NCBI RefSeq assembly: GCF_001194135.2
Contig: NC_068982.1
Coordinates: 38,719,523 to 38,783,522 of the forward strand
DNA from: Octopus bimaculoides
Lineage: Eukaryota
Direction of reading: 5' to 3'
Length of the DNA stretch: 64,000 bases
The notes below the pieces were generated by a model, which worked only from the letters and a program-made list of their open reading frames with translations, searched no databases and had not been told where the DNA came from. The position numbers were made by a program, and so were the translations under genes. The first letter of the stretch is position 1; each line of letters starts with the position of its first letter. Below are positions 25,291-38,094 of this stretch, in pieces.

Positions 25291-25687
25291 TTTGTGAATT
25301 TTGAACCCCATTTATGTGCTCTTTTCCTACATATGCTACATTTGGGACCATATATGGGTTGGTTCAACAGTTTATATTGGATTGGGTACTTATGTATATA
25401 TGTATCTGTCTATGTGTATATTTTTATATATAGATAGATGTAAGTGCGTGTGTATACATACTTACAGTGTACTACCAACAAACAATAACTATGAGTTGCT
25501 CCAATGTGTGGTAGGTTAACCCTAACCCAGCTAATCCTGGTGGCCTTCATGTTGATATACCTACATTCTAATGCATCCTGCAACTGACTTATACATACAT
25601 ACATACAGACATACATACATACATACATACAGACATACACACACATACACACATACACACACACATACATACACACATACATACATA

Positions 25688-26090
25688 TCATTGTCATCAT
25701 CATCATCATCATTTAACGTCCACTTTCCATGCTGGCATGGGTTAGACGGTTTGACTAGAACTGGTAAGCTGGAAAGCTACACCAAGTTCTAGTCTGATTT
25801 AACATGGTTTCTACAACTGGATGCCCTTGCTAACATCAACCACTCCAAGAGTGTAATGGGTGCATTTTACATACCATGCCACTGGCATGGCTGTTTTTAT
25901 GTGCCACCAATGCAGGTGCCAGTTATGTGACATTGGTATTGGCTATGACTATGATTTCACTTGAATTGATGAGTCTTCTCAAGTATAGCATATTGCCAAA
26001 GGTCTCAGTCACTTGTCATCACCTCCATGAGGCCTAACATTTGGAGATCATGCTTTACCACCTTATCCCATGTTTTCCTGGGTCTAGGCA
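25688..26090 (-). mobile_element. RTE LINE 3' end with family C tail
   Basis: Minus strand reads VKHDLQMLGLMEVMTSD..LW...LEKT, then the (GAT)n-tailed family C end. Confidence 0.7.
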
Positions 26091-26559
26091 TGGGTATGGT
26101 TGTGTGCTGAGAAGTTTAGTTCCGAAACAGTTTCATATTCAGTCCTACAGTGGGGCTCCTTGGGCAAGTGGCTTCTGCTATAACCCTGAGTTGGCCAACA
26201 CCTAGCAAGTGGAAGATGGAAACTAAGAGAAGCTCAACACACTCACACATGCACACACACACACATACACACACGTGCTGAAAAGGGGGTGTTGAAAAGT
26301 TCCTAGCTTTGAGTAAAAGAAAACACAAGAGGATCAGTTAATTATGATTTTATTCAAGATATTCCTTCTCAGATTCACACACTTACTGCAATAGTCCTTC
26401 AGTTTTTCTAAGCCCTGTAAAAGAACTCAGAATAAGACAAAATGAAGTACGTGGCTTACAACCAAGAAAATAGCTATCTTTTAACAATGAATGGATATGA
26501 ATTGGAAAAAAGTAGATGATTTCTGATATTTGAGCTCATGGGTTGATACAAGTGAGAAG

Positions 26560-27075
26560 GACATTAAAACTCACATTGCTAAAGCATGGTCAGCTCTGTT
26601 GAAGATGAACACCATTTGGAGATGAAATCTAAACAGAAAATTTAAGATTAGCTTCTTTCTAAGTGACAATAGAAACTTTGCTCTTATGTAGCTGCACCAC
26701 ATGGACTCTAGGCACTGCAAGGAAAACTAAATGAAACATACACAAGATTTCTGAGAGCAGCACTTAACATTAACTGGCAATCCCATATGATAAACCAAGT
26801 TATTTATGATAATCTTGTAAGAATTACCTTCACCATAAAGGAAAGAAGAAGACAGGTTCTATGGACATTGATTTCAGAGCAAGGATAAAGTAGTGAGACA
26901 AATGTTTATGTGGAAATCAACACACAGAAAGAAACCGAAGAGTAATCCTGCAAGGATATTTATTGACCAATTGGTTGAAGACTCCAGTCTGCTGAAGAGT
27001 GATCTACCAAGAGCAGTGCAGGAGAAGGAATTCTGGAGACAAGTGGTTGATGGTGTTCTGCAGATAATGCAATAG
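26560..27075 (+). mobile_element. RTE-clade LINE ORF2 C-terminal fragment (degenerate)
   Basis: KAWSALLKMNTIW...TWTL...FLRAALNINWQ...RRR..GH..R....V..MFMWKSTHRKKPKSNPARIFIDQLVEDSSL..SDLPRAVQEKEFWR matches RTE RT C-termini. Contains stops and frameshifts. Confidence 0.8.
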
Positions 27076-27269
27076 TGTAGGTACACATGTCTGTGAAATG
27101 CTCAAGCATTTTGCATGATATTTCAACCAGTAGTTTGACCAGTTGATTGAACAACCAGAGTTTCATACACTGAAACTGACATGGGAGTTCACCATTGTAA
27201 AGATGTCCTATAAACACAGTAGGTTATTGGAAAACTACTGAATATTTTGTCTACAGGCAACATTATTAT

Positions 27270-27480
27270 ATCATCATCGTTATTTAACATCCATCTTTCA
27301 TGCTGGCATGGGTTGAAGAGTTTTACAAGGACTGACGGATCAGGAAATTGTGTCATGCACCAATGTCTACATTGGTATGATTTTCTCTGGCTGGATGCCC
27401 TTCCTAACACCAACCACTTTATAGAGTGTTCTGGAAGCTTTTTTTCATGGCACCAGCACTAGTGAGGTTGCCATATAGCC
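27270..27480 (-). mobile_element. Family C (RTE-tail) copy
   Basis: Homologous to 8801-9235. Confidence 0.7.
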
Positions 27481-27543
27481 TGCAAAATTAAGTGGAACCA
27501 CAGTAGACAGGGAGGCAGCTTTATACTGCTTGAGAGATTAAGG

Positions 27544-27708
27544 CTGTGGTTTCCAACCTTTTCACTATCAAGGACCCCTTTTACTTAAATGAGTTTTCCC
27601 AAAAAACCCAGGATATTGAAAGGTCTGTCAGCTTAACACGCTGACGGACCCCCAGTACTACCTTTGCAGACCAACAGGGGTCCGCGGACCACAGGTTGGG
27701 AACCACTG
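27544..27708. mobile_element. hAT-type MITE
   Basis: C(T/A)GTGGTTTCCAAC...GTTGGGAACCACTG TIRs; 8-bp TSD gattaagg/ggttaagg. Confidence 0.75.
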
Positions 27709-28555
27709 GGTTAAGGTATGAAAAAGAAAAGGGTTGGAACATATTTCTTGCCGTAGGGGAGATGCATAAACACTCACACAATACAAGTGTGAGTGGGAGT
27801 AATCAGGCTGGAGATGAAGAGATGAGGTTGGTGCTGACGAGGTATTGGGATGGGCCCATTGGGACAGAAGAACAAGAACAATGGGTGGGTAAAGGTTGCA
27901 AAAGTGAATGGATTGTTGGAGATGGTGTATGAGCAGGGTTGGAGTGAATATACTGAATGACGTGCAAGGGTTGTAGGGAAGGAAAAAATCAGTCTGATGG
28001 TACCGGTTCCTTTCAGTTTAAGCTCATAGGATTTGAGCCCGTGATTGCAAGCTAACAAAATATTTGTAATGTATTCATTTCTTCTCCAGTTTTTTTTTTT
28101 TTGGTAAAAATTAAGGGAGACAACTTAGCAAATATGACGTGATAGGAATAAGCTAATCTTTTGACTAGTACACTAGCACCTTACGGACTTTAAACCAACG
28201 GCAATTCTTCATATATTAGGTCAAATGTTCAAGCGGTGAATCATAACCAGCATGTGGAATCTGGGGACTATTGTTTGTTAATAAGTCTGATATCAACAAC
28301 TATTTAGTTGTTGATTGTATCTTGTCAATGTCACTGAGGGATCATAATTAAAACGGAGCACATGATCAAAGAATTATAAAGCAAACGGATAAAGGTTACA
28401 GTGATCAGAATAAGGGGCAAAGTTATTACAGTATTAAAAGAGTAGGAAGTAGGTCAACAGGGACAGTCGCTCTCGGTTTAGTTGTGAAAGGCTGCAAAAT
28501 TCCTTGATTATTATGCATATGAATTAAGGTCGAGGCGTCAAAACTGTCTTTGTAC

Positions 28556-28624
28556 CTGGGTGTAGTCCAGTATAATTTTATTGTCATTCATTGAACAAAA
28601 CACTGAAACTGAGTATAAAGACAG
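28556..28624 (-). CDS. Candidate exon of an unidentified minus-strand gene (LSLYSVSVFCSMNDNKIILDYTQ)
   Basis: Acceptor catcctcctttag, donor CAG|gtacaa, 69 nt, phase 0-0, compatible with candidate first exon 29320-29403. Confidence 0.25.
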
Positions 28625-28761
28625 CTAAAGGAGGATGTGTGTGTGTGTGTGTATGTGTTTGTATGTATAAGAGAGAAAGAAAGAAGGGGGAGGGGAACAA
28701 TTAATATAAAACCTAAGTTTTCAAATTCGAATTGATGTAAAAGAAAAAAAAGACAAATTTA

Positions 28762-29220
28762 GGATCTTGTTCAAAACGGGGGCACCAGTTTTCATTTATG
28801 TTTTATGTAGTGTTTTTGGTACCGAAAGACTTTCAAACTTCGTATACTTATCTATTTTGTGTTATAGAACAGAAAAAAATTTTTGTATTCGAATTTATTT
28901 CATGTAAAAAATTGTCTTATTTCGATAATTTCAACCAATCACTGACAAGTATTCAGCTGTTTATACTTACTCCTTTGGAAGTTTAAGCGGTGTAAAGCGT
29001 ATTTAATCTCCATTACTTCTGATATTTTGCAGAGGCAATACACGTGGGATCTTGTTCAAAACGGGGGCACCAGTTTTCATTTATGTTAACTTGCGATGTA
29101 CGTTTTTTTGTTAAGAAGACTAAGAGAAAAAGATGTTTTATATGACACATTCTACCAGTGTCCCAAGTTTCAAAGTGTTTCGTTAAGAAAATACTGGTGC
29201 TCCCGTTTTGAACAAGATCC
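28762..29220. mobile_element. Non-autonomous TIR element with GGATCTT termini and an internally duplicated left end (29047)
   Basis: TIR GGATCTTGTTCAAAACGGG(G/A)GCACCAG at 28762 and 29047, inverted copy ending at 29220; flanks caaattta/caacttta (8 bp, 1 mismatch). Confidence 0.75.
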
Positions 29221-29319
29221 CAACTTTAATTTAATAATTTCGATTCGAACTGACGAAGAAGCTTATATGTATTCGACAGACCTGCTAGAAACAGCAGCTA
29301 AATCTCCTTCAAGACTCAC

Positions 29320-29403
29320 ACTACCAACGTAAAAAATCAAAAGACACAGTGGATCATGTAGTATTATATACACCAAGTTTGAGAAACAAGATGTGACGGT
29401 CAT
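29320..29403 (-). CDS. Candidate first coding exon of an unidentified minus-strand gene (MTVTSCFSNLVYIILHDPLCLLIFYVGS)
   Basis: gccATG at 29403, 28 codons, consensus donor gtgagt, just downstream of the CRE. May instead be a non-coding first exon. Confidence 0.25.
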
Positions 29404-29508
29404 GGCCGGTATCGGCAATTTTCGGTAAAATTCTATGACATCATGAATAAGTGTGTGACACTGTCTTTCGTCTGCTCCGACAGAATTGAACAATCGAACA
29501 CATACTCG

Positions 29509-29545
<37 letters not shown>

Positions 29546-29620
29546 CCTCATGACTGACGTCATGCACTAATACCGAAACACTACTCTAGGATTTTATCGT
29601 TACAAGGGCTGGCAGGAGTT
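29400..29620. promoter_or_regulatory. Candidate CRE-containing promoter at the CpG-poor/CpG-rich transition
   Basis: Perfect TGACGTCA at 29555-29562, TGACATCA at 29436-29443, unique CpG-containing sequence, strong minus-strand donor AGT|gtgagt at 29320. Confidence 0.35.
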
Positions 29621-30737
29621 AAGCAACAACAATTATTAACTTTGATCTGACGTTCAATCTTGGTTGAATTTTGAAAGCATCGAAGTTTTATTAATTTCAG
29701 TTTATTTATTTTTGAAAATTTCTGTCAGCCTAAAATTTCTTATTTATTGCTGGAAATCTGAAAACAATTGGAGGGTAAAATAATATACGAGCGTGCACAC
29801 GTGTTTGTGCGCGCTTGAGTGCATATGTGCGTGTATGTTTGTGTGTGAGTGCGTGGGCGTGTGTCTGTATGTGCGCGTATGTGTGCGTGAGTTCATCTGT
29901 GTGTATGTGTGAGCGCGCGCGAGTATGTGCGTATGTTTGTATGAATATGTGTATTGTGAGCGCGCGTGTGACTAAAGCAACAAGAAAGATAATTGATCTA
30001 TTTTTGTGTTTGTGTGTGTATAAATATACACGCATGAGAGTGTGTATATGTGTATAAAAAGAGAGAAAAAAAATAAAAACTAGCTTATTTGTTTGACTAT
30101 GTCTATGTGCGTATGTATTGATTTGTATATATGTATGAATGAGAAAGACGAAGGAAATAAGAAAGAAAAGAAAGCGAAACATTTTCTTCTGTGAACTAAT
30201 TTCGTGCAAATGTTTTTAGCATTCGTCTATAACTGTGTTGGTACGTATGGACATCTAGTATGTGTGTGTGTCTCGTACGTTTAATGAATGTGTGTGGGCT
30301 TTATGTCGGTGTATAGTGTGTTTAGTGTGTGTCGTGTGTGCGTGTGTGTGTGTGTGTGTATGCTAGCAATCATCATCATCATCATCACCATCAGTGGCAG
30401 CGAGAGCTTGGAGCTTGTTGCCTGTTGTATGTATATCATTATTTTTTACCATAGACAGGCCATTTGACAAATTCCAGCCATCAACAAAATGTGTCCAATG
30501 TTCACCATGGTATGACGCCATGGCGGACAGTTCAGTAATACCTGTAGGCATGTACTAATGAAAGGGTCCCACCATCCAGGAAGCCATCAAATTGGTAGCG
30601 TTTGCTTGTGTCGCTCACCTGAGGAGCGACTTTTTTTTAAAATTCAGTTATTTCATCCCCCACCCCTTTGATCAAAGGTATTATTAACACGACAAGTAGG
30701 ATTGGGTCATATCCGAAATTATCATTCCTTCTCATAG

Positions 30738-30777
<40 letters not shown>

Positions 30778-31022
30778 CGTATTTAATTTGTATTTGTATG
30801 TTCGTCGATATGTATGTTATATAGTAGACATCATGTATCTAAATGGATAAAGGAATTCATATAATTGGCCCAGGTCAGACAAGTTTTCTTTTCTGGGGAG
30901 ATCTTAGGTCGTCTAGACCAGCACCGCTGATATATTCCGGAGGAGACCCACAGTTTCGCTTGAAACTTATTTACTATATATGACGTTGATATTTCTCCTT
31001 CATGATTTTCAACATTTACACA

Positions 31023-31284
31023 CGGGGCCAGTTTTAAGCCAATGAGATTTATTCAAATTGGGCCCCGCGCCAATCGAAGGCCCCACAACACGCTCGAGCG
31101 GAGGACGCTATGATGAATTTTTAGTGTATCACTGGCTAATGCTGGAGCCTCAAACCCTAAATGCTTTTTGGCTGGGACTGGCGTACTACACGAAGCATAA
31201 AACATCAATCTTCAGCTTTTGTAGAGTAGAGGGCCTCACTGACAATTCTCTAATTGGGTCCCGCACTTCCTAACGCTGGCCCTG
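31023..31284. mobile_element. hAT-type MITE
   Basis: Imperfect TIRs cggggccagttttaag / cctaacgctggccctg; perfect 8-bp TSD tttacaca (31015-31022 and 31285-31292). Confidence 0.8.
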
Positions 31285-31706
31285 TTTACACATAGAGATA
31301 TTTGAAAGAGCTTCCCAAGGAAAAGATTTCCAAATGTTTTCGACTTTCACCTCTGTTATTAAGCTTCACTTCTATATTATACTATGGAAGACTGTAGGGA
31401 ATATTTTTTGTATGACTTAAAGGTTTGGTCGCTGTTTAGTTGCATATTTAGGAGTTGGTTATAGATTTACTTATTGAATTTATTTACCGATAGTGTAAGT
31501 GTGGTTTCTTTGGTATCTTTGTTCACAGACAACACTTATTTTAGTGCTGTTGACATCGCCGGATTGAATGGTACTGCCCAGGTGTCGAAACCATAATATC
31601 TGTGGGGCAACTGTTGATGGAGATATATTGGATTGTTGGTATGTGTCTTTGTATGTGTATAACACATCCTTTTGATATACATGTGTGTGTGTGTGTNNNN
31701 NNNNNN

Positions 31707-31965
31707 TAAGTACCCCTCCCCCAAAATTTTGGGCCTTGTGCCTAGAGTAGAAAAGAATATAAAATTTAAACTAAGGCGGCGAGCCAGCAGAAACGTTAGC
31801 ACGCCGAGCGAAATGTTTAGCGGTATTTCGTCTGTTTTTACGTTCTCAGTTCTAATTCCGCCGAGGTCGACCTTGCCTTTCAACCTTTCGGGGTCGGTAA
31901 ATTAAGTACCCCTCCCCCAAAATTTTGGGCCTTGTGCCTAGAGTAGAAAAGAATATAAAATTTTA
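31707..31965 (+). mobile_element. SINE family A with an exactly duplicated ~60-bp 3' segment, next to a 10-N gap
   Basis: taagtaccctcccccaaaattttgggccttgtgcctagagtagaaaagaatataaaattt occurs at 31707 and ~31904. Confidence 0.75.
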
Positions 31966-34450
31966 ACTGTTTTGAAAAACATCAAAGGAACACTGGTTAT
32001 TTTATTAAATAAATTTTTTATATTTTACTTTGTTTTTTGTTTATATAAAACCACCAAAAACGTAGCTATTGTATCGCTAATCAGTAGTTTTCTCCAGATC
32101 CTTTTTCTTGTTTATTATTTCATTATTCTGCATTATGGTTACTGATGATTAAATGAAAAATTATTTTAAAATCCATCAGTTTTTGTTATGTATATTTTTT
32201 CCCCTTTACTTGCCATCTTCATGAATTTTCTGTTGGTCATTTTTTTTGTTCCTGGCTTGACAAAGTTCAGGGACGGTTGCACACTTGGAGCTCTACTTTG
32301 ACTGGATTTACTTGTAGGTGGTTTATTTCTCTTGACTGAAGCCACCATGAAAAGCTTCATTTTGTGTGAGCATTGCTACTTTGGACAGAAAATCTGTAAG
32401 CCTTTACCTTCTTTAGGATTGTGAAAGAGACCTAAGATTTACCAAATAACACACGATAACGGTCTTCACTATTACTGTTTTCCATTTTAGGAGCATTGAT
32501 AATTACTTTTACAATCCCATACTCTTCACATAATTTACCTTTTATAAATATCTTGAAGGTTAGAAGCCTTAAATGCATTGCATTATTCTTCAAGAGGTAT
32601 TACATTGGTCATGCTAAATTCGATCAATTAGCTATGAAAACTACTTCCAGAGAAGTCACACCTATCATTTTAAGTATTTTGTGACTCTTCCATAACAAAC
32701 AATGCAGACTGTTTCCCTATTTCTCAGACACCTCTGATATAAGCAAATAGAACGAAACGGAAAAAAAAAAGAGGAAAAGTCCTTTAATCTCCTCTCAAGT
32801 TTAGTTGTTAGTTCAGCCATTGGCTTAAATACTGAAATTATGTTGAATGCCTACCTCTTCTGTATTGTCTGAGAACAATTTAAGAATGTGACCGCGGAAG
32901 AAGATATATATCTCTGGTGATTCACGAGCATTTCCTTCATCTCCTCATCACCTATACTTTGAAATAATTAGATAAACACTATCCAGTATTCCATAGATTA
33001 TTTTTACATTGTCAGCAGATCCAGGCCTTGTTTAATTAGTAAGTGATTTGTTATTTCCTCCTGTGATTAATTGTTTCCTAGTAGAACGTCAAGTAACGCT
33101 TGTTACACTCCCTTTCTTAAGATGTAAGTATTGGGAAACACTTAGTTTGCACCTTTGTTGAAAAAATCAGTTAACACTGAAAAGGGCAAGCCATGTTCTT
33201 TGGTGTATTCCATATGCTTTTATGCAAAATACATTACTAGAATACTGCTTTATTTTCCCCACATGTTACACTTTCCTGTATCACTATATTTCTTTGTCAA
33301 TTTCTGTTCCAATACTGACTCTTCGGTACGTTTAAACTTGTTTTGTAACATGATACGCTTTATGCAGTTCTGTGGCCAATATTTTGCAATGTTGATTTGA
33401 TAAAAATGACGAGAATAATAATATACCAGCAATACGAGCGTTGAACTTATGTTCATCTATAGCAGTATGTCATTCGACCCTTACTCTGATCACAACACGA
33501 CTTCAGGCCGTTACACTCAGATCCTACCCTGTTTCTCACGAAGCCAACTCGGAGAATACGTGATGCCTACAGAAGAAGAAGCAAATAAAGCCACTCACAT
33601 AAAGACCACTTCCAGATGAAGGCTATTCGGCACTGATTGTTTGTTACAGGTTGTGGACTCTGCCAATAAATAGTAAAATAATTGGTTTAATTCATCATAT
33701 GTCAATAATAATTTGCAATCATTCCAAGTTGTTATAAGGCAGGGCTGTTGCTACCCGTTACATCTACAAGCACAAGGTTTTAAGGTGGACGATCTTGTTT
33801 AGGGTTGGTAAGAGAATAGTTTCATAACGGAATTGCGGTAGTGCTTTTAGCCAGTTCTTTATGCTTTGAAGCAATTTAGCAGCTTCACATTTATTTGTGG
33901 CTGCTACGATAAAACAAGCGACAGTCAGAAATTGCTATGCTAGAAATTAAATATCTCAAAGTTACATGATGAAGAACTATGGTAAGCATTTACTTAATTG
34001 GTATCTAGTTTCTTTGTTTTATAGTAAAGATATTGGTGATCCATTTAGGACTGGTGTTTTACACAAAGTATTTGAGCAATATACTTGATCCAAAAGCAAA
34101 TTAACCAGATGCTAGTAGCAACAAGAGAAGTGGATGCCACAGAATTCTTTCTAGTGCAAAATTTACCCTGGTGCATATTGGTGCAGCTAAACCAGTATCC
34201 TACAAAATGAAGGCCTCCCCACCACCACGTATGTATGCACATGTATATATANNNNNNNNNNGTCTCCCGTAACTTAGCGGTTCGGAAAACAGATCGATAG
34301 AATAAGTACTTGGCTTACGAACAAAAAATCTTGGGGTCAATTTGTTCTACTAAAGGCTGTGCTCCAGCATGGCCACTGTCAAATGACTGAAACAGGTAAA
34401 AGAATAAAAAATAAAAGCATTTGTATATGTATATATATATATATGTGTAC

Positions 34451-34452
34451 AC

Positions 34453-34521
<69 letters not shown>

Positions 34522-34540
34522 CCTATCTATCTATCTATCA

Positions 34541-34617
<77 letters not shown>

Positions 34618-34636
34618 CATACATACATACATACAT
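34451..34636. repeat. (TATC)n followed by (TACA)n microsatellite
   Basis: Direct reading; source of the LSIY ORFs. Confidence 0.95.
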
Positions 34637-34639
34637 ATG

Positions 34640-34955
34640 ACGTAATGTTAATACGAGACAGTGGTAGTTTCAGACCATACCACAAACCAAAAGAGAACTT
34701 AATATATATATACATAGACAAACGAATCAGCCACTTGGAATACTGAGGAACTTGGCCGACATTATCAGTAAACGGGTATTCTCGCTTTCTTTCGATGAAG
34801 ATGCTTTTAAGGGTGCTGCTGGGTATTATAACGAGGCGCTTAGAAAAGGGTTTTCTGATAAGATTAGATACGTAAAAAGCACTGGCATACTCAGCGTAAG
34901 AATAGGAATAGGAAAAGGAATATTTCATGGTACAAACCAGTATTTAACTTAGTAG
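34640..34955 (+). mobile_element. Penelope-like element RT/linker fragment
   Basis: DSGSFRPYHKPKENLIYI...ILRNLADIISKRVFSLSFDEDAFKGAAGYYNEALRKGFSDKIRY...RNRNRKRNISWYKP matches the PLE pattern PYxKP..YIH..SNHPP...RLS.LS...F......Y..AL...GY...R.R.I.WFNPP. Confidence 0.8.
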
Positions 34956-35096
34956 TAAAAACTAATAAAGCAAGAGATCACCATTTCCAGCCAGGGCATA
35001 GGTATAGGAAAATGCTGTATAAGAATTGTGTTAAGGTTTGCTATTTAACTTGCAAAAATTTCGGGTGTTATATCAAAGGTGAACAGAAGAAAGATG

Positions 35097-35812
35097 GTGA
35101 TCTTCTCTGTTTGGCTGCCAATTTTCATTCTCTTCAATTTATGTTCGAATTGATTTCATATTCGGTGTAATGATATGGTTTTATATGCTAACCAATGCCT
35201 TGAAATTCATTTTCGCCATAAATCAGGAGTTAATAACTTTTAAAGTTAGCAAATTTTGAGTAATTTTAGCCAATCGAAAGCCACAGACACATTCATGCCC
35301 TTTTCCATAGTAAGAAGCCAAGCATGAGAACTATTTTGTTTGCAAGAAAACAAGTGTTGACATATATCTTCTATTCATTGAGTTGGTGGTGAGATGTGCT
35401 AAAAATTACAGCTAAATAGGCCTTAAATTACGCACCCACCAAATTTTTGTTTTGGTTTTTGCCATATCGTATGATTTCCCATGTGTAGAATACAAATTCG
35501 CAAAACTTTTCTGGAAATTCCAAAAAAAAAAACGTTATAAGGGGTTATATGGCGTGTGTAAAGCAGAATTCCGCCAGTATTTCATTTGCTAACAGTTGAC
35601 AACACGTTCTGTCACGCACAAAATAACAGTTTCCAAATCCTGTTTTCTGACTGGGCAAACTTTAAACTTCAATAACTTTTTAAAAACATTCTTCTGAAAA
35701 AAGTGAAGTATCTCCTGAGATTTAGCTTGGAAAACTACATTAATGCACCAAATTTAAAAATTTTCAATAATCTTTGAATTTTCGAAAATTGGCAGCCAAA
35801 ATGAAAAGATCC
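35097..35812. mobile_element. Non-autonomous TIR element with G(T)GATCTT termini
   Basis: gatcttctctgtttggctgccaattttc / gaaaattggcagccaaaatgaaaagatcc inverted ends; 8-bp TSD gaaagatg (35089-35096 and 35813-35820). Confidence 0.72.
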
Positions 35813-37674
35813 GAAAGATGCAAACAGTTAGCCAACAAAGATCATGCAACTTTAGAATTCGTGAGACTTGTCCATTAGATGGTCATTGTATGGCAAAGTC
35901 GATAGTATACAGTGCAAAGGTCGGATCAAACAGCAGTGATTAACCTAAAACGAAACTCACATTCGAAAACCCTTATTACAAGCATAAACATTCATCAACT
36001 CCGAGAGAAAATGTGTTACGGCTTTGTCAAAGTTTATATGGTTCTTGCATGAGACAAGTCCTCACGAATTCAAAATTATTGGATCTATAGTAGATAATGT
36101 GCCACCTTACAGGAACTGACCAAGGTGCTGTGCAGTGGAACTGAACCCAAAATCACATGCATTTTTACATTAGTTTCATTAAACTTTTGTATTTGTATTT
36201 TCCCACACTTTCAACAGCTAAAACGAAATTGAATATATGCAGAAAATAAGCATTTTTCCTGTTGCTTGCTTATACTACATGATATTATTTCGTGTTTAGC
36301 AAAGTTCTTTTAAAGAAAACGTTAATTTAAAATACAGTTGTAGAGTTTGGCTTGCAAAAACTTCCAGCGTTTGACACTTATGTCTCAAAGTTTTGTCAGT
36401 TAAGCAATGGAAGAATTGGGGTGGAATCATCGTTAGGTTGTATTTAGACCATTTGTTGGACATACTGCCACCCAGTCCGCAAGTAAATTATTTGTCTTGG
36501 TTTCCTCATTTGTGTGCTGGTAAATAGCCAATTCCCATTTAGCATTTATGACATTATATTTTTGTTCTCATTAATGCGCACGCGTATGTGTGTGTGTGTG
36601 TGTGTGTGTTTGTGTGTTATATACGCGCACATACATGTATATACATACGCATACATATAACTGAACGTCTCTTGAACTTGTGTTGTTTTTTGCGATTCAT
36701 TTGCTTTAAGTGCGTGTGTGTGTGTGTATGTATATATACATATATTTACACACACACACACACACGCATATATGTGCGTGTGTGTATGTATATATTCATA
36801 TATTTACATACACACACACATATACATGTGTGTGTTTGTATGTACATATACATATATCTACACAAACACACACGCATGCGTATAAGCGTGTGTGTACTCA
36901 CGTGTAAAACCCGTTCTGATATATAATATCTCAATGATATTCTCCCATGTGAAGAACACGATCTATTTTCTATAATTCTAAGGATTCAAAACTTATTTAT
37001 TTAAAGGATTACCAACACATACATTATCCTTTGGAATATCCATCAAAGACCAGGTGTTCGGCATTGAGGTTAGATATATATCAAGATAAATTCTAAAGGA
37101 AACTCACGATTAGAAAAGAGGAGGAAAATGTCTAGAAAACATCGTTGCGCTACAGTGAGATCTTCAAGCGTGACTAGGAGAACAGTCGAGGACAAAACAT
37201 CTGGAAAGTATTGTCAACAATTAAATAAAGTTTTGCAGCAAATAACATATTCTACTCTGTATATTGCATTGTGTATTGCTTCATGTGTGCGGGCCCTATT
37301 TTTAGCTGCTATTTACGATAGCATTTCCTCGTATTACACTTTTGTTTATACATTTATATGATGTAACTTGAAAAAAAAATGTGCGCGAAAAAATATGCAA
37401 CACGCTAGAATCTTTATCTAAAATGACTTTGGGTTTACAACTGCTGGATAGAACAAAAGAAGGCGATAGCAAAATGTCACGATTCCGAGTCCCTGCACTT
37501 TCAGTGAATGAATTCGATGATGGAAATGAGTGATGTCGGCACAGATCAAAAGGAACTCTGAGAGAACGTTCTCAAAGTTTTTTCTCTCATAGCTTTAAAA
37601 AACCCACAAATGTTCGATTCTCATGAAAGTCATCTTGTTTGCCTAAGTTTACATCTCATCTCTGTCTGTCTGTT

Positions 37675-37727
<53 letters not shown>

Positions 37728-38094
37728 TCTCTCCTTTTCTCTCTGAGATGCACATTTCTTATCTTTCGAACTCAGCCAACATATTTTAGTTTTACTCTGT
37801 ATTTAATAGAGACAAGCATTTCTTGTCGAATACTTTACGCAGCCAGCATCTTAACTACTTGCCCTTCACACACTCATGAACTTAACTATTTGGCTGATTG
37901 ATTGAGCCCGTGGGACACGGAGCAATCTTCCTGGTTCTTTCTAGAAAAGCTCCAATATTTCACGTCATAATATTACGTTCTGGTTACTTACCCATTAGTG
38001 TCTTTATTTTGGATTTCGTGTGATTATTAACTTATAGATGGTTGTGGTCTCACGCAGTGAAACCATCTAATAACGACTCCTTTCAGAAGGCTGG

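Noticed and set aside
30363-30551. ORF MPTGITELS...DGDDDDDC as a gene
   Set aside because: In-frame stop immediately upstream, the acidic tail comes from a (CAT)n repeat, and no homology is recognised.
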